DNA of 64,000 nucleotides from Gemmatimonadales bacterium (GTDB lineage: Bacteria > Gemmatimonadota > Gemmatimonadetes > Gemmatimonadales > GWC2-71-9). The notes under the pieces are model-generated. The model had not been told where the DNA came from. It made no database searches and saw nothing but the letters and a program-made list of their open reading frames with translations. This document shows, piece after piece, positions 43,041 through 52,288 of the stretch. Every line of letters begins with the position of its first letter. Within the stretch, counting starts at the first letter, position 1. The position numbers and the translations under genes are program-made. The stretch covers positions 35,793 through 99,792 of the forward strand of contig JBBQFH010000010.1 of NCBI GenBank assembly GCA_038321865.1, in the 5' to 3' direction.

Positions 43041-44793
43041 CCCCACTCGCGGCATCTGCGCCTCCTGCCAGGCTCCGCTGCCGTTCGACGCCGCCTTCTG
43101 TCCCCGCTGTGGCGCCGCCAGCCCCGCCGTGCGCGCGGCCCCGGCCGAGCGCGGCGTCCTCGACCCGGAGATTCGCGAGCGGCTCGCCCGCGCACTCGGG
43201 TCGCAGTTCGAGGTGCGCCGGCTGCTGTGCCGGGGTGACCGGGCCGATATCTACGAGGTCTGGGATGCCAGCCTGGGCCGCCGGCTCGCCGTCAAGGTGT
43301 TGCGCCCCGATGTCGAATGGACGGAGCCGATGATCGCGGCTTTCAAGAACGGCACGGCGGTCATCGCGCGCCTGAACCACCCGAACGTCCTTCCGATCCA
43401 TTTCGTGAGCGAAGCGGAGGGATTGGTCTACTACGCGCGTCCGTTCGTGGACGGCCAATCGCTCGATACCCTCGTGCGCACCCGCGGGCCACTGCCACTG
43501 GATGAAGCGCTGACGATCGCGTACCCGGTGCTCGCGGCCCTGGAGCACGCGCATCAGCAGGGGGTGGTTCACGCCGGCATCAAGCCGGCCAACGTCATGA
43601 TCGACGGGGCCACGGAGCGCCCGCTGCTGGCGGATTTCGGCATCGCCCGGTTGGCCGACTGCGCCCCGGCACGCGCTGCCGGCGGCGCGGCTGCCGGCTC
43701 CGAGTACGAGAGCCCGGAACAGCAGGCTGGGCGCGAGGGGGACGCGCGGTCCGATGTCTACGGCATGAGCGTGGTGCTGTTTCAGGCCACCACAGCGCGG
43801 CTGGCGGCATCGCGCAATCCCTTCGAGCCGCCGGTGCCGGACGGACTGGCGGCGGGCGCCGCGCCGGCACTCGACAAGCTGCCGGCGTGGCTGGTGGCGG
43901 TGCTCATGCGCGGGTTATCGCGCGATCCGCGGGAGCGCTATCCCAGCGCCGCGGCGCTGGCGGATGCGCTGCGGAAGGGCCGCGCTTCCGGCGATGCGTC
44001 GCCGGCCGGCGTGGATGGCGTGCTGGCGAGGATTCGCGGTTCCGAGCGGGTGGTACTCATGCCGGGCGCACCCGCCTTTGTGCCGCCGGCGCCTTCACCC
44101 GCTCCCGCGCCCGCGCCGAAGCCGCCAGTGGCCGAGCCGCCGTCGGCCCCGCTCGGCATGCGCCGACGCCGGGCGGTGCCGATCCTGCCCTGGGTGGCAC
44201 TGGTGGTGCTGCTCGCGGCGGCGGCCGCGGCCTGGCTGTTCTTCACGCGGCCGGCATTGACGGTGACGAACCGGCTCGTGCTGTCGGTTCAGCTGCACGT
44301 CGAGAACGCGGGTGACTGGACCCTCTCACCCGGCGAGCGGCGACGGCTGTCGGTCCCGCGTGGAACTCCCGTAACGGTTCGGTGGGAAGCGGTGAGACCG
44401 ATGGTGGGCCCGGCGCCGGTCGGCGAGCGGCTCGCCGGCGCGGCTACCGTGCCGCGTCCGGACCGGGGGAGTACATATGACATCGTCGCCGTCCGCGGCG
44501 ATACCGCCTATTTCGCCCCGCTCATCACCAACGCGAGCGGGGTGCCGCTGCAGATGGTGGTGAACGCCGGCCTGGCCGCCGCCCGCGACTGCGGCTGCAC
44601 CGTGCCGCCCGGCGCGCACCGGATGCCGATCGGGTACTACTACCTGTATGCCAACAGCACGGTGGCTGCGCGCACCGGCGATGGCCGTACCGCCGAGTTC
44701 GGCGGCCTGGGCCCCAGCGTGACGAGCGGTGGCGGAGCGGTGGGATTGCGGTTCAACGCGGCGGACCTGCAACCGGTGCCACCCCGCCGCTGA
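43033..44793 (+). CDS. Zinc-ribbon transmembrane pseudokinase, paralogue of the upstream gene (probable ATC start)
   Basis: In-frame CASC..CPRC ribbon upstream of GTG 43129; CRGDRA in place of the Gly-loop; HAG in place of HRD. Confidence 0.85.
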   Translation: MTDPTRGICASCQAPLPFDAAFCPRCGAASPAVRAAPAERGVLDPEIRERLARALGSQFEVRRLLCRGDRADIYEVWDASLGRRLAVKVLRPDVEWTEPMIAAFKNGTAVIARLNHPNVLPIHFVSEAEGLVYYARPFVDGQSLDTLVRTRGPLPLDEALTIAYPVLAALEHAHQQGVVHAGIKPANVMIDGATERPLLADFGIARLADCAPARAAGGAAAGSEYESPEQQAGREGDARSDVYGMSVVLFQATTARLAASRNPFEPPVPDGLAAGAAPALDKLPAWLVAVLMRGLSRDPRERYPSAAALADALRKGRASGDASPAGVDGVLARIRGSERVVLMPGAPAFVPPAPSPAPAPAPKPPVAEPPSAPLGMRRRRAVPILPWVALVVLLAAAAAAWLFFTRPALTVTNRLVLSVQLHVENAGDWTLSPGERRRLSVPRGTPVTVRWEAVRPMVGPAPVGERLAGAATVPRPDRGSTYDIVAVRGDTAYFAPLITNASGVPLQMVVNAGLAAARDCGCTVPPGAHRMPIGYYYLYANSTVAARTGDGRTAEFGGLGPSVTSGGGAVGLRFNAADLQPVPPRR

Positions 44794-45993
44794 TCAGGCC
44801 GGGCCCGGCCGCCGCCGGCGGAGGCCGGTGATGTTGCCGGCGGTGACCGCGTCGAACCCGAACTTGTCGCGCACCCGGTCGACGGCTTCGGTCAGGTGGC
44901 GCAGACGCGCCCGCTCGGCCGGCTCGAAGAGATCGCGGGAGCCCGCCGTGGTGAGATTGGTGGCCGACACGCCGATGAGCCGGACGCCGCGGTTGCGCTC
45001 GCGCACGTCGTCGAACGCCACGCGGAAGAGCGCCCGGGCGGCGCCGAAGATTTCGGCATCCAGGTCGGTGGCGAGCTCGAGCGTCCGGCGGCGCGTGATC
45101 GTGCGAAAGTCGTCGTGCCGCAGTTTCAGCGTCACGGTCCGGGCCAGCAGCCCTTCGTCCCGTAACTGGGCCGACACGCGCGCGGCCAGCAGCGCGAGAA
45201 TGCTTTCGAGGCGTGCCGGGTCACGCTCATCGCGGGACATCGTGGTTTCCCGGCTGACCGATCGCGCCAGCCGGTCGTTGCGGAGCGTCGTCCCGCCGTA
45301 GCCATGGGCGCGGAGCTTGAGCGCCTTGGCGTCGTCGCCCACCAGCCGCTCCAGCGCCTCCAGGTCCAGTCGTTGAATCTGGACGACGTCCGCCAGGCCA
45401 AGCTCGGCCCAGCGTGCCGCCGTCTTGGGCCCCACCCCCGGCAGTGCGGCGACCGGGAGCCCGGCGAGAAAGCCTTCCTCCCAGCCGGAGCGCACCTCCA
45501 TCAGTCCGCGGGGCTTGGCGAAGTCCGATGCCAGTTTGGCGATCATGCGGTTCGGTCCGATCCCGACACTGCAGTCGAGGCCGGCGGCGGCCTGCACCGT
45601 GTCCCGGAGTCGCGTCGCCACCGGCAGCAGCGAGACGGGATAGAGCTGGTCGGTGCCGCCGAAGTCGAGGTACGCCTCGTCGAGCGAGGCCATCACGACG
45701 GTGGGGGAAAATTCACGGAGCACCTGCGCGACCGTCTCCGACGCCTCGCGGTAGTGGGTGAACTCGCCCTTGAAGAAGGTGGCGGCCGGGGAGAGCCGGA
45801 CTGCCTCGCCGATCGGCATGCCGGCCCGCACCCCGTATTTCCGGGCCCCGTATGATGCCGACTGCACCACGCCCCGCTGCTCCCGCCGCCCGCCCACGAC
45901 CAGCAGCTCGACGTCCCGCAGCTCCGGGTGGCGCTGGCGGCAGACCTCCACGAAGAAGGCGTCGAGATCGACGTGCATCAGGCGGGCGGACAT
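44794..45993 (-). CDS. dinB: DNA polymerase IV
   Basis: HVDLDAFF, SASYGAR, SLDEAY, AKLASDFAKPRG, LPGVG. Confidence 0.95.
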   Translation of the reverse strand: MSARLMHVDLDAFFVEVCRQRHPELRDVELLVVGGRREQRGVVQSASYGARKYGVRAGMPIGEAVRLSPAATFFKGEFTHYREASETVAQVLREFSPTVVMASLDEAYLDFGGTDQLYPVSLLPVATRLRDTVQAAAGLDCSVGIGPNRMIAKLASDFAKPRGLMEVRSGWEEGFLAGLPVAALPGVGPKTAARWAELGLADVVQIQRLDLEALERLVGDDAKALKLRAHGYGGTTLRNDRLARSVSRETTMSRDERDPARLESILALLAARVSAQLRDEGLLARTVTLKLRHDDFRTITRRRTLELATDLDAEIFGAARALFRVAFDDVRERNRGVRLIGVSATNLTTAGSRDLFEPAERARLRHLTEAVDRVRDKFGFDAVTAGNITGLRRRRPGPA

Positions 45994-46129
45994 GGGGGGA
46001 GGCTAGCGGCGCATCATCGCGGGCGCCAGCGCGCAATCGGTTGCACCCTCTGGCGCTCGGACGTCCCGCCTGATATCGTCTACGTGCCGCTGCATCCGGC
46101 GCGGTGCCCCCGAGTCGAGACCGATCTCT

Positions 46130-46924
46130 GTGCGCTTTTTGCCGTCACCTTGGATCGGCCTGCTGGCGCTGGCCGGGTGCAGCTCACCAAGTGCGACACC
46201 GGAACAACTCCGGTCCGCGCTGCTCAGTCATCCTGACATTCTTTACTCGGTCGTTCGGGCACATCCGGACTCGTTCATCGCGATCCTCACCGCGGCCGCG
46301 CGCGACCGTCAGCGGCGCGAGCAGGCCGTCTCCGTAATGGCAGATTCACTGCGGATCGAACACGAGCTCGCCCACCCGCGGCTGGTACCGACGGCCGGGC
46401 GGGCCGGCTTCGGCGATCCGTCCGCTCCGGTCACGATCGTCGAGTACACCGATTTTCAGTGTCCGTACTGCCGGCAGGAACGGGACGTGCTCGTCGAGGT
46501 GCTCAAGGCGTATCCCGGGCGCGTGCGACTCGTGGTGAAGCAGCTGCCGGTTGAGACCCACCAGCATGCCTACGCGGCGGCGGTGATGTTCGAGGCCGTG
46601 GCGCGGCAGGATCCCGCGGCGGCGTATCGGCTGTACGATTTGCTGTATACCAACCAGGAGCAGTTCAATACCCGCGGCGAGGCGTATCTCGCCGATGCCG
46701 TGAAACAGGCCGGCGCCGATCTGGCGCGGGCGCAGGGTGAGGCGGCGTCGGAGGCCGTGAAGGCGACCGTCGCGGCTGATGTGGCCGAGGCCACGAAGCT
46801 TGGGTTTACCGGTACGCCGGGGTTTCTGATCAATGGTGTATCGCTGCAGGGCGCGTACCCGCGGGGAGTCTTCGACCGCGTGATCAACCGGGAGTTGGCG
46901 GCCATCGGCCGGACCGCCCCATAA
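46130..46924 (+). CDS. DsbA/thioredoxin family lipoprotein
   Basis: Lipobox LAGC; EYTDFQCPYC; GTPGFLING. Confidence 0.9.
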   Translation: MRFLPSPWIGLLALAGCSSPSATPEQLRSALLSHPDILYSVVRAHPDSFIAILTAAARDRQRREQAVSVMADSLRIEHELAHPRLVPTAGRAGFGDPSAPVTIVEYTDFQCPYCRQERDVLVEVLKAYPGRVRLVVKQLPVETHQHAYAAAVMFEAVARQDPAAAYRLYDLLYTNQEQFNTRGEAYLADAVKQAGADLARAQGEAASEAVKATVAADVAEATKLGFTGTPGFLINGVSLQGAYPRGVFDRVINRELAAIGRTAP

Positions 46925-46982
46925 GCAGAGCCGGCGGCGGGACCGCCCCGCAGTCGAGATTCCATTTCGAGGGAGGTCGCTC

Positions 46983-47906
46983 GTGAAAAAGTTGCTACTC
47001 GTGGTCGGCGTAGGCGTCATGGCTGCCTGCTCGAACACGGATCAGTCCACGGCTCCGAGTGTCGGGGGCATCGATGCTGCGCGGGGTGACGGAAATGGTG
47101 TAACGCTTCACGGGGCGCCGGAGCATGTGTTTCTGGCGCGCGGGCAGGCGCGGCACGGTGGTGGTGGCTCGGTTAACATGACTTTGCATGGCGGGACCGT
47201 GCTGGTTGCCAACAAGACCATGGCCATTTTCTGGGGCTCCGAGTGGAACAGCGCCACGTTTGCGGGAGACAAGATCACGGGTCTTAACTCCTTCTTCTCC
47301 GGGTTTGGCGGCAGCGGATACGCGGCCGCAAGCACTGAGTATTCGGGAACCAACGGGAAAGTCACGAGCGCATCGACTTACCTGGGCTTTGTCATCGACG
47401 CGAGCGCTGCCCCGAGCCGCGCGCCGACCACGACCAGCGCGGTCGCCGAGGTGTGTAGGGTCACGAACAACACTCCGGATCCGAACGCGCTTTATCTGCT
47501 CTACACGTCGACCGGGGCCGGCCAAGTGAGTTACTGTGCCTGGCACAGCTGGGGAACCTGCTCGAACGGGGCGCCGGTACAGGTCGCGTACATGCCGAAT
47601 ATTGATGGGTTGGCAGGCTGCGATCCGGTCGACACCTACAATACGGGTCACTCCCAGGGCCTGACGGCTGTAGCCAATGTCACCGCGCACGAGCTGTCCG
47701 AGACGATCACCGACCCGCGTGGCGCCGGCTGGTTTGACTCCAGCGGCGCAGAGAACGGCGATAAGTGCGCGTGGGCATTTGCCGGCCCAGTGACGTTGAA
47801 TAACGGCAGCACCTGGAAGCTTCAGATGGAATGGTCCAATGTGGCTTACACCGCTGGCACCGGCTTCGCCAACCGCAGCGGTCAGAGGGGCTGCCTTCAG
47901 GGGTGA
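46983..47906 (+). CDS. Lipoprotein resembling the Phi-1/EXORDIUM family
   Basis: Lipobox MAAC; YCAWH, AHELSETITDP, GW.D..G.ENGDKCAW; GGAGG RBS. Confidence 0.7.
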   Translation: MKKLLLVVGVGVMAACSNTDQSTAPSVGGIDAARGDGNGVTLHGAPEHVFLARGQARHGGGGSVNMTLHGGTVLVANKTMAIFWGSEWNSATFAGDKITGLNSFFSGFGGSGYAAASTEYSGTNGKVTSASTYLGFVIDASAAPSRAPTTTSAVAEVCRVTNNTPDPNALYLLYTSTGAGQVSYCAWHSWGTCSNGAPVQVAYMPNIDGLAGCDPVDTYNTGHSQGLTAVANVTAHELSETITDPRGAGWFDSSGAENGDKCAWAFAGPVTLNNGSTWKLQMEWSNVAYTAGTGFANRSGQRGCLQG

Positions 47907-47922
47907 CACCATTGCTGCTATC

Positions 47923-47959
47923 ACAAGGCTCCGGGCAGTCGCCCGGAGCTTTGTCTTTT
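47923..47959 (+). terminator. Intrinsic terminator
   Basis: GCTCCGGGC-AGTC-GCCCGGAGC followed by TTTGTCTTTT. Confidence 0.85.
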
Positions 47960-48014
47960 CTGTCGCTCGGCTAGGTTTGGTTGGAACGCCTGATCACCCG
48001 ATACAGGATTCTTC

Positions 48015-48899
48015 ATGCGCCTCGCCTTCCTCGGTCTCGGCGCCATCGGCACTCCGATGGCCGCCCAACTCGCCAAATCCCACGACCTCACGGTCTGGAA
48101 CCGCACCGACGCACGCGCGCGCGCGTTCGTCGAGCACCACGGCGGGCAGATGGCGGCCAGCGCGCGCGACGCGGCGGCGGCCGACGTGGTGCTCACCTGT
48201 CTCCCGACGTCCGCCGAGGTGGAGCAGCTCCTCGACGGGCCTGACGGACTCCTCGCGGGGATGGCACCCAGGACGCTGCTGCTCGATTGCACCTCGGGCG
48301 ACCCCGCCTCCTCACGGCGCATCGCTGCGCGGCTGGCGGAGCAGGGCATCGCCTTTGCCGACGCCCCGGTGAGCGGCGGCACCAATGGCGCCGAGGCAGG
48401 CACGTTGACTGTGATGGTGGGAGGAGACGCCGCAACGTTCGAGCGCGCGCGTCCGATCCTCGCCGCGTTCGGCAAGCGGATCGTGCACATGGGGCCGGTG
48501 GGCACCGGTCACGCGATGAAGGCCGTCAACAACGCCCTCCTCGGCGTCAACATCCAGGCCGTCGGCGAGGCGCTGGCGACACTGGCGCGGGCCGGTGTGA
48601 ACCCCCGGCTCGCCGTCGAAACGCTCAACGCCTCGAGCGGGCGCTCGTTCGTGAGCGAGGCACTCGTGCCGGAGCGGGTCCTGACCGGGGCCTGGCCGCG
48701 CACGTTCCGCCTGGCACTCCTCGACAAGGACGTCGGCATCGCGCTCGACGTCGCGCACGAAGTGGAGGTCGAAACGCCGGTGATCGGGGCGGCCAGCACC
48801 GCGCTCCACGCCGCCCGCAACATCCTCGGTGCGGACGCCGACTACCTGGAGGCGATCCGCGTGATCGAAGCGCAGGCCGGGGTCGAGCTGCGGGGATGA
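48015..48899 (+). CDS. NAD(P)-dependent beta-hydroxyacid dehydrogenase (HIBADH family)
   Basis: FLGLGAIG..MA, DAPVSGG, KAVNN, KDVGIA. Confidence 0.92.
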   Translation: MRLAFLGLGAIGTPMAAQLAKSHDLTVWNRTDARARAFVEHHGGQMAASARDAAAADVVLTCLPTSAEVEQLLDGPDGLLAGMAPRTLLLDCTSGDPASSRRIAARLAEQGIAFADAPVSGGTNGAEAGTLTVMVGGDAATFERARPILAAFGKRIVHMGPVGTGHAMKAVNNALLGVNIQAVGEALATLARAGVNPRLAVETLNASSGRSFVSEALVPERVLTGAWPRTFRLALLDKDVGIALDVAHEVEVETPVIGAASTALHAARNILGADADYLEAIRVIEAQAGVELRG

Positions 48900-49378
48900 G
48901 CGATCCGCGCGTCCGCCGCGCCACCGCCGCCGATGCGCCGGCGCTCCTCGCCCTGATCGACGCACTCGCCGATTACGAGCACCTGCCGCGGCCGGATGCC
49001 GGCGCTCGCGAGCGGCTGGTGCACGACGGATTCGGGCCCAACCCGCGGTTCGACGTCCTGCTGGCCGAGACCGATGCCGGTGTTGCCGGCTATGCCCTCT
49101 TCTTCGAGACGTATTCGTCGTTCCTGGCGCGGCCGACGCTCTACCTCGAAGACCTGTTCGTCCTGCCGGAACTGCGGGGCGCGGGGCTCGGTAACGCCCT
49201 GTTTCGTAGCGTCGCGGCCGAGGCCGGCCGCCGAGGATGCGGGCGGATGGAGTGGGCGGTGCTCCTGTGGAACCGGCTCGCGATCGACTTCTACGAGCGG
49301 CTTGGCGCCGAGCCGCTCGGCGACTGGCGCACCTATCGCCTGAGCGGGGAAGCGCTCGTCGCCGTCGGGGAGCGGTGA
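48896..49378 (+). CDS. GNAT N-acetyltransferase (SSAT-like)
   Basis: LADYE, YLEDLFV, RGAGLG, WN..AIDFY; ATGA overlap. Confidence 0.9.
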   Translation: MSDPRVRRATAADAPALLALIDALADYEHLPRPDAGARERLVHDGFGPNPRFDVLLAETDAGVAGYALFFETYSSFLARPTLYLEDLFVLPELRGAGLGNALFRSVAAEAGRRGCGRMEWAVLLWNRLAIDFYERLGAEPLGDWRTYRLSGEALVAVGER

Positions 49379-49448
49379 GCCGCCGAGCTGCCACTTGCCC
49401 GGAGCCCCACTGACTCGGCACTTTGACAGATCATGACGAGCACATCAG

Positions 49449-49910
49449 ATGGGTGACTGGGCGGCCACCGAGCGCATCCCCGCCGAAGTGCTCCTCGCCG
49501 AAGGCGTGACCGTCTACGGCGACCTCCATGTGCAGGCCCGCGTCGCCTACCGGGACGGCGCCGAGACACCGCTGGAAATGCTGAACCGGCCGGAGCCGTT
49601 CTTCGTGTTGACCACGCCGGACGGCAGCATCGCGTTCCTGTCGAAGGAGCAGGTTGCCGTCATCTCGTGCGCTCCCGACGCCGTGGCCGACGATCCCGAG
49701 CGCGCGACGGCCGCGCGCCGCCTCGGCCTCGACGTGGTGCTCTGGGGCGGGGCCATGTATCGGGGCTGGGCGACGCATGAGCTGCCGCCCAATCGCGCCC
49801 GCACCCTCGACTACCTCAATGCCGCCGGCCGCTTCTTCGCCGTCTCCACCGACGCGAACACCCGCTATGTGAACCGCTCGCACGTCTCCATCGTGCGTCC
49901 CTCCGACTGA
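49449..49910 (+). CDS. Hypothetical protein with two tandem small beta-barrel-like repeats
   Basis: EMLNRPEPFF..FLSKEQV resembles DYLNAAGRFF..YVNRSHV. Confidence 0.75.
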   Translation: MGDWAATERIPAEVLLAEGVTVYGDLHVQARVAYRDGAETPLEMLNRPEPFFVLTTPDGSIAFLSKEQVAVISCAPDAVADDPERATAARRLGLDVVLWGGAMYRGWATHELPPNRARTLDYLNAAGRFFAVSTDANTRYVNRSHVSIVRPSD

Positions 49911-49917
49911 GTGTGCC

Positions 49918-51393
49918 GTGGCCCGTCTAGATCGCTTCATACAGGTGATGCACGAGCAGGGCGCGGAACGCCTCCAGCTCAATCCCGGCAAGCCGATCGC
50001 GCTGATCGTCAACGGCGTCACCCGGCCGGTGACGCGCGAGCCGCTGACCGATGCGCAGATTCTGGGCCTGGTGCGCGAAATCGCGCCCGCCGAGATGGCG
50101 GCGCTCGTCACACCGACGGCGCAGCTGAACTTCGCCTACACGGCCCCGACTGGGCCCATCAGCGTCGACGTCGCTCCAAGCGCGGACGGCGCCGGCGTGA
50201 TGCTCCGGCCCACGCTGGGCGCAGAGGTACCCGCCGCGCGGGTTGGCAACGGGCAGGGACCGACGCTGGCCGCGCGGGACAGCCGGGAAACCGGCGAGGC
50301 GCGCGCGGCGATGGAGACGCTGCTGCGGCTCCTGGTAGATAGCAAGGCGTCCGATCTCCATCTGCGTTCCGGCCAGCCGCCGATCTACCGGCGGCAGGGA
50401 GAGCTTGAGCGTCACCCGGCGCCCAGCCTCTCGGCCGAACGAGTGGCGGCGATGCTTGCCGCGATCATGCCGTCAGGTGATCAGGCGGAATTCCGCGAGC
50501 TGAGCGATACGGACTGGGCCTACGAGATCGAGGGTGTGGCGCGGTTCCGCTGCAACGCGGGGCAGGATCGCTACGGGCCCTTCTGCGTGGTACGGGTGAT
50601 CACCGCTCATATCCCGACCGCCGACGATCTGGGCCTCAGCCGCGAGGTCCAGAACCTCTGCAAGCTGAACAAGGGCCTTGTGCTCGTGACGGGTCCGACC
50701 GGCTCGGGCAAGTCCACGACGCTGGCCGCGATGGTGGATCTCGTCAATCGCACCCGCTCGGATCACATCCTCACGATCGAAGACCCGATCGAGTTCGTAC
50801 ACGAGAGCAAGCAGTGCATCGTCACGCAGCGGCAGGTCGGGCTGCATACGCGCGGATTCAAGCAGGCGCTCAGGGCGGCCCTGCGCGAGGATCCCGACGT
50901 CGTGCTCGTCGGCGAGATGCGCGATCTCGAGACGGTCTCGATCGCCATCGAGACCGCCGAAACGGGCCACCTGGTGTTCGGCACCCTGCACACCACGACG
51001 GCGGCCTCGACGATCGACCGCATCATCGATCAGTTCCCGGCCGACCGCCAGTCGCAGGTGCGCGTCATGCTCGCCGAATCACTGCGTGGCGTCATTGCCC
51101 AGATTCTCTGCCGGAAAGTCGGCGGCGGCCGGGTGGCGGCACGGGAGATCCTGCTGTCCATCCCCGCGATCTCGAACCTGATCCGCGAGGGCAAGACCTT
51201 CCAGATTCCGTCCATCATGCAGACCAACCGGCGGACCGGCATGGTCACGCTCAACGACGCGCTCATGGAGCTGGTGGACGCCAAGCTGATCGAGCCGAAG
51301 GAAGGGTACGTCAAATCGGTCGAGAAGAGCGGTTTTGCCGCCACGCTCAAGGCCAAGAAGTACGACACGTCGTTCCTGGACGTGGTGACCTGA
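49918..51393 (+). CDS. pilT: Type IV pilus retraction ATPase with extra N-terminal domain
   Basis: ASDLHL, GPTGSGKST, TIEDPIE, LREDPD, GHLVFGTLH, AISNLIRE. Confidence 0.92.
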   Translation: MARLDRFIQVMHEQGAERLQLNPGKPIALIVNGVTRPVTREPLTDAQILGLVREIAPAEMAALVTPTAQLNFAYTAPTGPISVDVAPSADGAGVMLRPTLGAEVPAARVGNGQGPTLAARDSRETGEARAAMETLLRLLVDSKASDLHLRSGQPPIYRRQGELERHPAPSLSAERVAAMLAAIMPSGDQAEFRELSDTDWAYEIEGVARFRCNAGQDRYGPFCVVRVITAHIPTADDLGLSREVQNLCKLNKGLVLVTGPTGSGKSTTLAAMVDLVNRTRSDHILTIEDPIEFVHESKQCIVTQRQVGLHTRGFKQALRAALREDPDVVLVGEMRDLETVSIAIETAETGHLVFGTLHTTTAASTIDRIIDQFPADRQSQVRVMLAESLRGVIAQILCRKVGGGRVAAREILLSIPAISNLIREGKTFQIPSIMQTNRRTGMVTLNDALMELVDAKLIEPKEGYVKSVEKSGFAATLKAKKYDTSFLDVVT

Positions 51394-52148
51394 ACCCGAT
51401 CCTGGTCCTGGTCGCGCCCCAGGACATCGTCAACATCGCGAGCGCATTCCGGATCGCCAAGAACTTCGGCATCCCCCAGGTGCGGCTGGTCAATCCCGAA
51501 GTGTTCGATCCCTACCGCATCGAAGGCATCGCGCACAACACCGCCGACCTCGTGGCCCGGGCCGAGATGTTCCCGAGTCTCGAGGCCGCACTGCACGACT
51601 GCGTCTTCGCGGCGGTGCTCACCGGCAGGGAACGCGCGGCCAAACGCCGGGTCGTCCGGCCCAGGGACGCGGCGGCCGAGCTGGTCGCGCGAGGCGCGGC
51701 GGGCCCGGTTGCGATCGTCGCCGGCCGGGAAGACAGCGGGCTCACCAACGAGGAGCTGGATCGTTGCCAGCTGCTGGTCACGATCTCCACCGATCCGGTC
51801 CACCCGTCGCTCAATCTGGCGCAGGCCGTCGCCGTGATGGCATACGAGCTCTGGGTGGCGCGGGGCGGGGACGCCGTGCCGTTCAAGCCGCCGCGCAACG
51901 AGGCCGACCCCGCGACCGCGGGCCAGCTCGAGGAGCTCTTTGCCGACTGGGAGCGATCGCTCTGGGCCATCGAGTTCTTCAAGACCCGTCGGAGCGAGTC
52001 CGTCATGCGCGCGTTTCGGGAGATCGTCTATCGGGGCGAGCTCGACGGCCGCGAGGCCTCACTCGTGCGCGCCATGGGGATCGAAGTGATCCGCTTTCTC
52101 GAGCGGAAGGGAATCGCCGTCCCGGCACCGACTTCCCAATCCGACTGA
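51390..52148 (+). CDS. TrmJ/LasT family SPOUT RNA methyltransferase (probable CTG start)
   Basis: ILVLVAPQ...NI...R..KNFG, GREDSGLTNEEL, SLNLAQAV. CTGA overlaps the pilT stop. Confidence 0.88.
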   Translation: MNPILVLVAPQDIVNIASAFRIAKNFGIPQVRLVNPEVFDPYRIEGIAHNTADLVARAEMFPSLEAALHDCVFAAVLTGRERAAKRRVVRPRDAAAELVARGAAGPVAIVAGREDSGLTNEELDRCQLLVTISTDPVHPSLNLAQAVAVMAYELWVARGGDAVPFKPPRNEADPATAGQLEELFADWERSLWAIEFFKTRRSESVMRAFREIVYRGELDGREASLVRAMGIEVIRFLERKGIAVPAPTSQSD

Positions 52149-52246
52149 CCCGGTCGGCACCGACTTCGCCGCCGGTTGTGGAATGTCTCGTCGTCACTAT
52201 AATTATCCGCGCGTTCTCCAGGGCGCGCCGGCACGTGCTCCGCAAC

Positions 52247-52264
52247 TCGTGAACGATTTCACAA
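52247..52264. promoter_or_regulatory. Rex-type operator upstream of the ACIII operon
   Basis: TCGTGAA-CGAT-TTCACAA (one mismatch to TTGTGAA-N4-TTCACAA), downstream of TATAAT at 52198-52203. Confidence 0.7.
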
Positions 52265-52288
52265 CAGCTCGGCTACTCCTCACGCGAG

